Assembly: GCA_021816725.1 (NCBI GenBank) | Contig: JAKAXD010000001.1 | Location: forward strand, 313,257-377,256 | Origin: Thermoplasmata archaeon | GTDB lineage: Archaea > Thermoplasmatota > Thermoplasmata > Thermoplasmatales > GCA-001856825 | DNA: 64,000 nt | Direction: 5' to 3' | Shown here: positions 1-9,150 of the stretch, piece after piece | How positions within the stretch are numbered: the stretch's first letter is position 1 | Layout of the letters: each line of letters begins with the position of its first letter | Program-made: the position numbers and the translations under genes | Notes under the pieces: generated by a model | Told to the model about the DNA's origin: nothing | The model's input: only the letters and a program-made list of their open reading frames with translations | Database searches by the model: none

Positions 1-2
1 CG

Positions 3-581
3 TTCCAGAACGACCTTGACAAGAAGGAACATGCTGCGTTTATCCGAGGGAACGTCTTTGGACAAGAGGATGTCCCCGTCAGAATTCACTCAGAGTGCCT
101 TACAGGAGATGCAATAGGATCTCTCAGGTGTGACTGTAGGGAACAACTCGAGAAGTCACTAACCATACTTGGGAAGATGGATTTCGGTGTATTGCTTTAC
201 TTGCGACAGGAGGGAAGGGGGATAGGATTTGTAAATAAAATCAGGGCCTATCAACTTCAGGATGACGGCTATGATACCTTTGAAGCAAATAGGGCCTTGG
301 GGTTCAAGGAAGACGAAAGGGACTATGCAATTGCAGCTCACATGCTCTGGTCATTAGGCGTAAAATCTATTAGGCTTATGACAAACAATCCAAAAAAAGT
401 GGAAGACCTAAAATTTCATGGTGTCAAGATTACCGGAAGAATTCCCGTCATCATAAAACCCAACGAACATAACTCTTTCTACCTAGAGACCAAAAAAAAC
501 AAGGGTGGCCATTTGCTCGATAAGAATGAGGAAGAAAATTATATAGAGCAAGACGACGACCTAGTTGATTTCAGGTTGTGA
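3..581 (+). CDS. ribA: GTP cyclohydrolase II (riboflavin biosynthesis), 5' end cut by window edge
   Basis: The frame is open from position 3 and reads VRIHSECLTGDAIGSLRCDCREQLEKSL ... LYLRQEGRGIGFVNKIRAYQLQDDGYDT, the RibA zinc/GTP signature. The listed ORF 177..581 is only the portion after an internal Met. Confidence 0.9.
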   Translation, partial: FQNDLDKKEHAAFIRGNVFGQEDVPVRIHSECLTGDAIGSLRCDCREQLEKSLTILGKMDFGVLLYLRQEGRGIGFVNKIRAYQLQDDGYDTFEANRALGFKEDERDYAIAAHMLWSLGVKSIRLMTNNPKKVEDLKFHGVKITGRIPVIIKPNEHNSFYLETKKNKGGHLLDKNEEENYIEQDDDLVDFRL

Positions 582-1407
582 GGATAATGGCCTTGAATAA
601 AAGGAACTAGAGTTCAATTATCTGTTAGGTAGTATATCATTACTCGCATAACTAAGAAATGGATTTAGATTAACACTCAGCCCCAAATGCTGTTTTCTCC
701 CTTTTAACGTATAACTACAGTTATACATCGTTTTTTAACCCTGCAAGAATAACAGAATTTGACTATTTTTATTGGCATACGCTTTAAAATTAATATTTGA
801 GGTTAACTTTACTGTAGGCGAGTATTTGTACGTTTTATACTCCCAATTTCGTTAATTTGAATGTTGCCACAACTTGGTTCGTATGGGAGAGATGTATGTA
901 TCCAGACTGAACATTTGTTTGTAATTTGTCTTTGCTCGAATTTGAAATGAATTATCTATACTCTTACCTTACAGCCTTTTTCCTTCAAAGCTACCTGTTA
1001 CAGCTAACGGCGTAAATAAGAAGGTCTGAATGAAATAAGCCACCAAGAGTTAATGACTAACGACTAACGTATTATTGGGTCCTTTAGTCATTCAGAACTT
1101 GTTTGAGAAGCACGATCCAATTTAACATCAAAGATTATGCTAACTTGATAGACCCTTAGTTCCAGTCCTTATATCCCAATTCATTTTCGTCTTTCTTTTT
1201 CTAAGTGGCCACAATTTTGAGATATATCTTATTTAGTTAATTTTGTCTATTGACTCCAGATATTATATCAATAGTATTCCTATTTATATTTAAATATTCA
1301 GATATAATATTAATCGAATCGAAATTGTTAAGTATTGGTTAAAGAATTAATTTCTATGGCTGAAAGTTTGCATCTGAAAAAGGCGCTTTTTTGGCGACCT
1401 TCTGATT

Positions 1408-2955
1408 TTGGGAATTGCTGGGGCTGTCGGCACTGGTATCTTGTTTTCGAGTGCTGCTATGACTGGAATTGCAGGTCCCGCAAGTATTTTGGCATGGTTG
1501 CTAGGGGGAATTTTCTATTTTTTCATCGGTTTAACTTATGTTGAACTATCTGCAACATACCCTGAGGCAGGAGGGCCATCAAGGTATGCCTTGTACACGC
1601 ATGGGTGGTTTACAAATTTAATCAACTCCTTTGCAGATCTCATATGGTATCTTTTCATTGCACCGATTGAATCGTTTGCCATTGTTTATGGATTAACCCT
1701 ATTCTATCCGAATTTAGTGACAGCCAAGGGATTCCCGACTATTGTTGGCGCTGCTTTAGCGGTCGTACTGCTGCTCATAATGATACCTTTCAACTACTTT
1801 GGTACAAGAGCGTTTGGGAAATCTACATTTTACTTCGGCTCAGTGAAACTAATCTTCTACCTAGCAATGGCGTTTGGACTTGCTGCAATATTCTTCCATG
1901 CTGCAAACTTCGCGATTTACGGCGGTGTTGCACCGTTTGGCTTTGCCGGTATTTTCGCTGCTACCCCTTTTGCAATGTTCGCCTTTGGCGGTATCAGGGT
2001 TCTTCCTGATTATGCGGAGGAGGCTCACAACTATCGCAGACTTCCTCTTATAATCATTTTAGTTGTCGTAGGGCAGCTCCTTATTTACCTGCTTATAGAT
2101 GCGGTCTTTGTTGCAGGTATCAACTGGTCGAAGCTAGGAATTACTCCCGGCAACTGGGCAGGAGTGGCAGGAATTTCCGGGAATCCATTTATAACCATGT
2201 CAAACAGTTACAATGCTCCTTTTCTGCTGGTTATCACTCTGATCATAGGTATCATTGGTCCATTTGTTGTGGGGTACGTATACCTGGGCGGTGGTTCCAG
2301 AATTATTTATGCAATGAGCAGGACAAGAATAATGCCACAAATTACAAAGGTGCTTCACAAGAGGTTCGTGATACCCTACTGGGCGATAATCCTTATAGCT
2401 GCTGTAGGTGCCTTCCTTGCCTTCCTATCTGCTCCCTTACCAAACATATACAGCCTCATAGAGGATGCAGTCGTGGCGGGATACATTGGCTTCTCTGTTA
2501 ACCCAGTGGCATTGATAGTGACCAGGAGACAGGGACAGGCCAAGTACAAACTCCCGGGTGGTAACATTATAGCACCCATTGCTTTCGCTGGTGCGGCGCT
2601 TATAATATTCTGGAGTGGATGGATCACTGTTTACTATGCCGTGCTTATACTGACCGGTGCAGTCATAGTATTTGGACTGATCTTGCCTGCAGCAAGACAC
2701 ACGGCACAGAGGGATCTTAAGAACGTGATGAATTCAGTCTGGTACATATTTTACATAATCTTCCTGCTTGTCATGACATACATCGGAAGCGACGGGGCTC
2801 TGAGCATACTGTCATTCTATGTCGCAACACTGGTAACTGTTGTAGTTTCACTTGTTGTGTTCTATCCACTAGGTATTCTCTCCGGCCTTAAGAACAAGCT
2901 TGATTTGCCCGAGTACAGAGGAGATGTGCAAGAGAGCGCTACCCCTGGGAAATAA
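1408..2955 (+). CDS. APC-superfamily amino acid permease, with the N-terminus disrupted (see finding)
   Basis: 515-aa polytopic membrane protein. GIAGAVGTGILFSSAAMTGIAGPASILAWLLGGIFYFFIGLTYVELSATYPEAGGPSRY matches the APC TM1-TM3 pattern and the paralog at 44080..45750. The TTG start at 1408 falls inside TM1, and the missing N-terminus is in another frame at 1356..1394. Confidence 0.85.
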   Translation: MGIAGAVGTGILFSSAAMTGIAGPASILAWLLGGIFYFFIGLTYVELSATYPEAGGPSRYALYTHGWFTNLINSFADLIWYLFIAPIESFAIVYGLTLFYPNLVTAKGFPTIVGAALAVVLLLIMIPFNYFGTRAFGKSTFYFGSVKLIFYLAMAFGLAAIFFHAANFAIYGGVAPFGFAGIFAATPFAMFAFGGIRVLPDYAEEAHNYRRLPLIIILVVVGQLLIYLLIDAVFVAGINWSKLGITPGNWAGVAGISGNPFITMSNSYNAPFLLVITLIIGIIGPFVVGYVYLGGGSRIIYAMSRTRIMPQITKVLHKRFVIPYWAIILIAAVGAFLAFLSAPLPNIYSLIEDAVVAGYIGFSVNPVALIVTRRQGQAKYKLPGGNIIAPIAFAGAALIIFWSGWITVYYAVLILTGAVIVFGLILPAARHTAQRDLKNVMNSVWYIFYIIFLLVMTYIGSDGALSILSFYVATLVTVVVSLVVFYPLGILSGLKNKLDLPEYRGDVQESATPGK

Positions 2956-3891
2956 GTGAACCTGACCATGAGGACAATCTCTGACGATGGCATCCCTGAT
3001 AATGTGAATTATCAAGATGTGGTCAAGGAAATGAGAAGGGAATTCCTCATGGTTTCAGAAGGCAAGTCAAAAATACTTCACAGGAAAAGAATGTCTGCCG
3101 GGGATGGTACGCTTGATGTCATGGGGGCCATGAATGAAGTGGACAAGATAGGGGTGGTTAAACACTATTACTACGGGAAGAACATTGAATTCCTTATTTC
3201 CCTCTTCTCAATGGAAACCTCGGAAATTTTGCTTGCAGTCACTGGAAGAAAGCTTACTCGAATAAGAACTGCAGCTGCAACTGGCCTTGCAACAGATATC
3301 CTTTCCAGAAAGGATTCAAAAGTTCTCGGCTGCATAGGAAGTGGGTTCCAGGCCATAGAACAGATAAAGGCAATTTCACAGTTAAGGGGCATTGAACGTA
3401 TCATGATTAACGATATCAATGGCTCAAGGATGGAACACACCAGGGATATTCTGAAGGGAGAAGTGGATGCAGAAGTGGCCTTACTCCCAAAGGTTGACGA
3501 CAATTTTGCAAATGCAGACATTATAGTCACTGCAACTACCTCAAGAACTCCAGTCATTGAAGATAGATTTATAGGAAACAGGGTCCATATAAACTCAATT
3601 GGCAGCTATTTGCCAGAGATGATGGAAACTGAAACCGAGACCATATGCAGTTCCAGGATAGTCGCAGTCGACTCTATAGAAGAGACGGCAAACAGCTGCG
3701 GAGAACTTATTTCTTCCTTGTCGGCCGGATGCATTTCTAAAGGGGAAATAAATGAGTTCACTGATCTAGTGAAAGGTGATATCAAGATAAGGGAAGGTAC
3801 GGCGAGGGGTAACACATATTTCAAATCTATCGGTGTTGGTGTGGAGGACCTAGTGATAGCGAGGATGCTGTTCGAGGGTAAGTTGTCTTAA
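2956..3891 (+). CDS. Ornithine cyclodeaminase / mu-crystallin family NAD(P) enzyme (alanine dehydrogenase or ketimine/pyrroline-carboxylate reductase type)
   Basis: 311 aa with Rossmann motif GCIGSGFQAIEQIKAI and family-typical IIVTATTSRTPVI and INSIGSY. The GTG start directly follows the permease stop; an alternative ATG is at 2968. Confidence 0.8.
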   Translation: MNLTMRTISDDGIPDNVNYQDVVKEMRREFLMVSEGKSKILHRKRMSAGDGTLDVMGAMNEVDKIGVVKHYYYGKNIEFLISLFSMETSEILLAVTGRKLTRIRTAAATGLATDILSRKDSKVLGCIGSGFQAIEQIKAISQLRGIERIMINDINGSRMEHTRDILKGEVDAEVALLPKVDDNFANADIIVTATTSRTPVIEDRFIGNRVHINSIGSYLPEMMETETETICSSRIVAVDSIEETANSCGELISSLSAGCISKGEINEFTDLVKGDIKIREGTARGNTYFKSIGVGVEDLVIARMLFEGKLS

Positions 3892-3911
3892 ATTTCTATC
3901 TTTATTTAGGA

Positions 3912-5111
3912 TCAGTACATAGTTCCAATTTCTTCGAACTTGGATCTTATCGGTTTCCCCTCCGCAAACCTGTGAGGCCTGAAAGCCCTCCAGTCGAAAG
4001 ATGCCTTATCTGGGTTGATCCCGGATACCATCTCAGAGGTAATCAAACCGTATGCGGGAGAAAGCTTAAAGCCGTGTCCACTCAATCCAGCACAAACGTA
4101 AACTCCTTCGAGACCCAGATAATCTAGGGGACTTATGATTGCCTGCCCATCGGGGGTCATATCATAAAGCCCATTTAAGGATGAAACGATTGTAGATTCA
4201 CCCATCTTGGGGATTCTGCTGACAAGTCTGGACATGTAGTCCTCTATGTAATCATACCCAGCTTCCTCAGGTACGGGCTTGTCAATGTCAACCATTTTTT
4301 TATCTATTGCAGGATCGAGACTTCCCACTGCACAGAGCGAATCTCCTTCCATCTTGTAATATGCAAGATTTGGAGGGTCCCATAATACAGGCTTGACCCC
4401 CTTCAATGATGTCGGTCTTTTCAGGTAAATAACTGAATGGAGTGATGCACCGATGGGAAGTAGACGTTCCCCTGGAATCCCGGAATCAGAGAGCAGCTTA
4501 TTTGTCCACACGTTTGTGGCCAATATTACCTTCTTGGCGGTGAACTTGTTCCCATTTCCTGAGGTTACTGTCACAATGTCGCTGTTTGACTCAACTGAAG
4601 AGACATTAGTTCCAGTCTTGACTGAAACGCCCCTCGATTGGGCTGACTGAATGAAGGAATTAGTGACGGCTACGGGGTCAGCATATCCACTCCAAGGCTC
4701 TGAAAGTACATAATCAAAATCATTCAGTGATACTCCAGGAAAGTACTTTTCAATCTCCTTAGGCGGCATTTCTTCCTCTTCAAGCCCAAGGTCTCTCAGC
4801 ATTGCTGCGTTCTTGCGAGCCAGCTCCTCTTCACTCCTGCTGAAAGGGAATATCATTCCTGTCTTGTGAAACCCGGAAAAACCGACAGAATCAAAATTAG
4901 AGATCACCCCGTATGAATACTTTGCCATTGAGGCAATTAAATCGTTGCTGTAATGAGTCCTGATTAACGCACTTGACTTTCCCGTGTTCCCTCCGGCAAT
5001 CCCCCCCTTTTCAAGCAGGAGAATTTTTCCCTTCAATCCTGATAGGTAATAGGAAATGCTAGCACCGGTGCTCCCTCCCCCAATTACGATGAAATCAAAA
5101 TCAACTGCCAC
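3912..5111 (-). CDS. FAD-dependent oxidoreductase, DAO family (sarcosine/D-amino-acid/D-proline dehydrogenase-like)
   Basis: 399 aa. N-terminal dinucleotide fold FDFIVIGGGSTGASISYYLSG...LLLEKGGIAGGNTGKSSALIRTHY. Confidence 0.8.
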   Translation of the reverse strand: MAVDFDFIVIGGGSTGASISYYLSGLKGKILLLEKGGIAGGNTGKSSALIRTHYSNDLIASMAKYSYGVISNFDSVGFSGFHKTGMIFPFSRSEEELARKNAAMLRDLGLEEEEMPPKEIEKYFPGVSLNDFDYVLSEPWSGYADPVAVTNSFIQSAQSRGVSVKTGTNVSSVESNSDIVTVTSGNGNKFTAKKVILATNVWTNKLLSDSGIPGERLLPIGASLHSVIYLKRPTSLKGVKPVLWDPPNLAYYKMEGDSLCAVGSLDPAIDKKMVDIDKPVPEEAGYDYIEDYMSRLVSRIPKMGESTIVSSLNGLYDMTPDGQAIISPLDYLGLEGVYVCAGLSGHGFKLSPAYGLITSEMVSGINPDKASFDWRAFRPHRFAEGKPIRSKFEEIGTMY

Positions 5112-5131
5112 TATTTTGCATGTCTTCTGCT

Positions 5132-5989
5132 CTATTTAGTTGTTGTCTTCTTCTTAGATATTTCCTTTATCATATCCCATTGTTCGTCAGAAAGTACAGA
5201 AAGGCCACTAAACTCGCCAGCGCCCCTCAACCACTCCCCTCCATCTATTGTCACAACCTCTCCGTTTATGAATGACGCCTCTTCAGAAACCAAGTATGTA
5301 GCAAGGTTCGCTATTTCATCCAGCTTCCCCGTTCTTCCCAGGGGTATGCGTTCCAGCATAGCCTGTTCCATTCCTTCCAGTGGAAACAGATTCTTCCTAG
5401 TAGCGGGAGTTGGGAATGCTCCCGGTGCAATAGCGACGTGTCTGATTCCATATTTTGCCCACTCAACGGCAAGGGATCTGACGACAGCCAAAACACCTGC
5501 CTTTGCAGCTGCAGACGGTACAACGTATGCTGAGCCTGTCCAGGCATAAGGTGTAACTATGTCCAATACTACCCCACCCCTCCTGCTTTTGATCCAGCGT
5601 TTCCCCATTTCAAGTGTCATGTATATTGTTCCGTGGAGAACGATGTTAAGGATAGAATCTACGGCATGAGGGGACAATTTCTCAGTGGGCGAAACGAAAT
5701 TCCCTGCAGCGTTGTTGACTAGTACGTCAATAGGACCTATTTCCTCCTGAAAGAAATCAAGTGTTTGGGATATCTGTTCCGGGTTCCTCACATCGCAGCT
5801 TCTGTAAGATGCGGTAATTCCATTTTTCCTGAAGTCATCAACTGCCTCCTTCAAGACATCCTCGCGCCTACCAAGGATTGCTATCTTTGCCCCCAGAGAG
5901 CCGTACTTTCTCGCAATACTGTTTCCTATTCCCGTTCCACCACCTGTAATCAAAATGGCTTTGTCCTTCAGCAGATCATTCCTGAACAT
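5132..5989 (-). CDS. Short-chain dehydrogenase/reductase (2,4-dienoyl-CoA reductase-like SDR)
   Basis: 285 aa. ILITGGGTGIGNSIARKYGSLGAKIAILGRR (TGxxxGxG), NNAAGNF, SAAAKAG. Confidence 0.8.
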   Translation of the reverse strand: MFRNDLLKDKAILITGGGTGIGNSIARKYGSLGAKIAILGRREDVLKEAVDDFRKNGITASYRSCDVRNPEQISQTLDFFQEEIGPIDVLVNNAAGNFVSPTEKLSPHAVDSILNIVLHGTIYMTLEMGKRWIKSRRGGVVLDIVTPYAWTGSAYVVPSAAAKAGVLAVVRSLAVEWAKYGIRHVAIAPGAFPTPATRKNLFPLEGMEQAMLERIPLGRTGKLDEIANLATYLVSEEASFINGEVVTIDGGEWLRGAGEFSGLSVLSDEQWDMIKEISKKKTTTK

Positions 5990-6078
5990 GATTTCTGATA
6001 TGCATTAACTACAATAAATAATGGCTGGAATCGATAGATGGAAATTAGTTGCCGTTCACTATTGTTTTATAAATATTG

Positions 6079-8187
6079 TCAGCTAAGAACCTGCCTATCT
6101 TCTGACGACCTCTTGATTATTGTTCTTCTTCCTTCCCAAGCTCTGCCTATTTTCCTCGTAAGGGTAAGTGAATTCAGGACTACAGAAGTTGAGCTCATCC
6201 CCATTGCAAGTGCTGCGAGCATAGGCAGGAAGGAGTATATTGAAAGCCCAAAAAAGGGAACAAGAATACCGCCAGCTACCGGTATGAGAACTGAGTTGTA
6301 TCCTACTGCCCATCCTATATTCTGTTTGATTTTTGATATCGTTTTTTCGCCTATTATTTTCACTAGCACAAGCTGTCTAAGGTCGTTATTTAGCAGAATT
6401 ATGTCACCGCTCTCCCTTGCAATATCCGTTCCTGAACCCATTGCTATCCCAACGTCTGCTGTTTCTAATGCTACGCTATCGTTTATTCCATCTCCTGTAA
6501 ACATTACATAGTCCCCTTCGTTCTGGTAATTCAGGACTATGTTCGATTTGCCTTCAGGGAGAACCTCTGCATGAACGCTGTCTACCCCCAGCATTCTTGC
6601 TACCCTCATTGCCTCGGTTCTGGAGTCTCCGGTGATGATAGTGGTCTTGATCCCCATCTCCTTCATCTTGGATATAGTCCATGCGGCACCTTCCCTAATC
6701 TTGTAATCAAGGGAGATTGTGCCGATTTCCTTTCCTTCCATCCGTACAGAAACAACGGAACCAGCAGCACCGCTTGATCTGTTCACACTGATTTCGCTTC
6801 CATTCACTCTTCCTGAGATACCCAATCCCGGCGTTTCCTTGATGTCAGTAGCAGGTTCCATTTTAACACCTATCTTTTTTGCTTCTCTAACTATGGCCTT
6901 CGCTATCGGGTGATTTGATGATGCCTCTACTGAAGCAGCTAGAGATAGAATCTTGCTCTCGTCTAAATCTGAAGTTTGGGAAGTGCCCATTATTGTCGGA
7001 TCAGACTCAGTCAAAGTTCCAGTCTTATCGAATATTGCCCTCGTCACCTTCGACAACCTATCTAGCGAACTAGTATTCTTGATTATTATACCGTTCCTGG
7101 AAGCGTAATTCGACGAAATCAAAAGCGTAATTGGCCCTGCCAACCCTATTGCACAAGGGCATGCTATCACAACAACCGATACAAAGACAAGTATTGCCGT
7201 TTCGAACGGCTGAGGGTATACTGTACTTGAAAGATAAAAATACCAAAACAAGCTGGAAAACAGCGCAGCTATTAACACAACTGGCACGAATATTGAGGAA
7301 AAGACATCCGCAATCCTTTGGACCTTTGCCCTCCCTGAAATGGCCCTCTGTATCAGTTCATAAATCTGTCGAATCGTGCTGTCTTTTCCTGTTCTTTCGA
7401 TTACGATCTTTAAAACTCCGTTTAAATTGGAGGTACCGGAAGTAACCTTCTGACCGACTGTTCTCAACACCGGGTGTTGCTCGCCGGTCAGCATTGATTC
7501 GTCAACGTCGCTCTCTCCATCGTAAATGGTACCATCGGCCGGAATCGTTTCTCCTGGCTTGACCATTATCTTATCACCTTTCCTGAGTTCATCTGTCTTC
7601 TTGTCTATCATCTGTCCGTCTTCCAATATCTTGTGAGATACATTTGGAACAAGAGAGAGAAGCTTTGAAGCTGATCTGTTTGCCCTTGTCTTAGTAATAT
7701 TCTCAATGAAATTTCCGGTAAGGATGAGAGTTATGATGAACGCAGATGCATCAAAAAATACGTCAGGATTCTGCGCTACCCCGTGAAAAAAAGTTACATA
7801 CGAGGAGTAAACAAAGGCAGTGATGGTCCCTAATGAAATCAGTACGTCCATGTTTCCCATTCTGCTTCGGATTGCATGGTATGCCCCCTCATAAAATCCA
7901 AATCCTGAGTACAGTTGAACCGGGATAGCTAGAATGAAAAGGAGAATGTCCTTCGTGATATAGCCGTTTAAAATTGCAGGTGAAACTGAATAATTTATAA
8001 CGATTATGGGGATAGCGAGAATCCATCCTACAAGCAGCCTCCTCTTAAGTCTTATGGCTTCTTTTTCAGGTGAGGTGTACTTCTCCTGGCAGCCTTTGGA
8101 GCAGAAATAAAATGTTTGTCCATCTATGGTTGATGTAATTGACCCTTCTTCAGGCACATACATTCCACAGACCGGGTCAGTTGGCAT
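6079..8187 (-). CDS. copA: Copper-translocating P1B-type ATPase with N-terminal YHS/TRASH metal-binding domain
   Basis: 702 aa. N-terminus PVCGMYVPEEGSITSTIDGQTFYFCSKGCQEKY (YHS/TRASH), TM CPC motif ACPCAIGLAGP, phosphorylation site FDKTGTLT, SNHPIAKAI, GDGINDS. Confidence 0.93.
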   Translation of the reverse strand: MPTDPVCGMYVPEEGSITSTIDGQTFYFCSKGCQEKYTSPEKEAIRLKRRLLVGWILAIPIIVINYSVSPAILNGYITKDILLFILAIPVQLYSGFGFYEGAYHAIRSRMGNMDVLISLGTITAFVYSSYVTFFHGVAQNPDVFFDASAFIITLILTGNFIENITKTRANRSASKLLSLVPNVSHKILEDGQMIDKKTDELRKGDKIMVKPGETIPADGTIYDGESDVDESMLTGEQHPVLRTVGQKVTSGTSNLNGVLKIVIERTGKDSTIRQIYELIQRAISGRAKVQRIADVFSSIFVPVVLIAALFSSLFWYFYLSSTVYPQPFETAILVFVSVVVIACPCAIGLAGPITLLISSNYASRNGIIIKNTSSLDRLSKVTRAIFDKTGTLTESDPTIMGTSQTSDLDESKILSLAASVEASSNHPIAKAIVREAKKIGVKMEPATDIKETPGLGISGRVNGSEISVNRSSGAAGSVVSVRMEGKEIGTISLDYKIREGAAWTISKMKEMGIKTTIITGDSRTEAMRVARMLGVDSVHAEVLPEGKSNIVLNYQNEGDYVMFTGDGINDSVALETADVGIAMGSGTDIARESGDIILLNNDLRQLVLVKIIGEKTISKIKQNIGWAVGYNSVLIPVAGGILVPFFGLSIYSFLPMLAALAMGMSSTSVVLNSLTLTRKIGRAWEGRRTIIKRSSEDRQVLS

Positions 8188-8200
8188 TCAGGTCAGCCCA

Positions 8201-8341
8201 TCATCTGGTGTATTTCAAGGGGTTTTTGTCAAATTCCATTTTGCAGTGGTTGCTGCAGAAATAGTAGGTTTTTCCTTTGTATTCAGTCCTGATTTCTGTG
8301 TCTTCCTTCACTTTCATTCCGCAAATAACATCTATTGCCAT
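8201..8341 (-). CDS. Small YHS/TRASH-domain metallochaperone (CopM-like), 46 aa, absent from the supplied ORF track
   Basis: My translation of the minus strand gives MAIDVICGMKVKEDTEIRTEYKGKTYYFCSNHCKMEFDKNPLKYTR*. It has the same CGM...FCSxxC motif as the CopA N-terminus. ATG at 8341, TGA at 8201-8203, 13 nt upstream of copA. Confidence 0.75.
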   Translation of the reverse strand: MAIDVICGMKVKEDTEIRTEYKGKTYYFCSNHCKMEFDKNPLKYTR

Positions 8342-8416
8342 AGAAGGGCAATATTTCCCTTTACTTAACGTTGTACTATACGAAATGTTAAAATAAGAAT
8401 TTAGCTTGTTTCCATT

Positions 8417-8947
8417 GTGAGAAGAAATTTTACAGACTTAGAACAAAGATTGATTGTATTGTTAAAGAAAAACTCAAGAATTACAATAACAGAAATTTCA
8501 AGGGAATTAAGTGTGAGCAGAATAACGGCAAAGAAGGCACTTGACTCATTGACAAAGAATGGCAGGATTAAACATTTCACCGTAACACTTGAGGATGAAG
8601 ACAGAGAAATGGTGCTCGTTAGAACGGATAACGCATCAATAATACCTTCAGAATATGTAATTGAAAGGTTCAGGCTTATTGACGGATCCTTTATCAGCGT
8701 ACTTTTTTATGAAGATCTCCTCTCAATAAAAGATGCCCATATCAAGGGTGTGGACATTGCCGTTTCAAGGGAGCAGAATGAGAATGTGTTCAGGATGGAG
8801 GGGATCCATTGCGACTATTGCGGCAATGAAATAAAGGGGAAGCCCATAATAGTTGATATCGGTGGAAAGACATATTATGCCTGCTGTCCCAATTGTGAAC
8901 GGGATCTCAAGAAGAGAAGGGAACTAATGCCAAATGTGGAAGGATGA
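8417..8947 (+). CDS. Lrp/AsnC-type HTH regulator with C-terminal TRASH domain (CopR/CopT-like copper-responsive regulator)
   Basis: 176 aa. N-terminal wHTH LEQRLIVLLKKNSRITITEISRELSVSRITAKKALDSLTKNGRI. C-terminal CDYCGNEIKGKPIIVDIGGKTYYACCPNC (C-x2-C...C-x3-C). Divergent from the chaperone/copA pair. Confidence 0.8.
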   Translation: MRRNFTDLEQRLIVLLKKNSRITITEISRELSVSRITAKKALDSLTKNGRIKHFTVTLEDEDREMVLVRTDNASIIPSEYVIERFRLIDGSFISVLFYEDLLSIKDAHIKGVDIAVSREQNENVFRMEGIHCDYCGNEIKGKPIIVDIGGKTYYACCPNCERDLKKRRELMPNVEG

Positions 8948-9150
8948 ACCTCCCGTTTCCATAGAGTATTCTGATAAGGAAGAGAAGATGAGCAATATTC
9001 AGATTTTTCTAGTTTACAAAATGTTAACGAACTGCAGAACTGAATAGTCTCTTTGTAAAGACACAGATTATGTATTACTCTTGCATCATTATAATTAAGC
9101 AATGAAAGTCAACGATCGACAGGATACCCATCTCCGGAAGTGATTAATCA

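Noticed and set aside
582-1334. Long AT-rich gap considered as a replication origin
   Set aside because: No orc1/cdc6 gene is adjacent. I could not find repeated ORB-like elements flanking an unwinding region, only short generic AT-rich palindromes.
8126-8368. 80-aa plus-strand ORF between copA and the regulator
   Set aside because: It is the antisense shadow of the 46-aa YHS/TRASH chaperone ORF (8201..8341, minus), which has a clear metal-binding motif. The plus-strand product has none.
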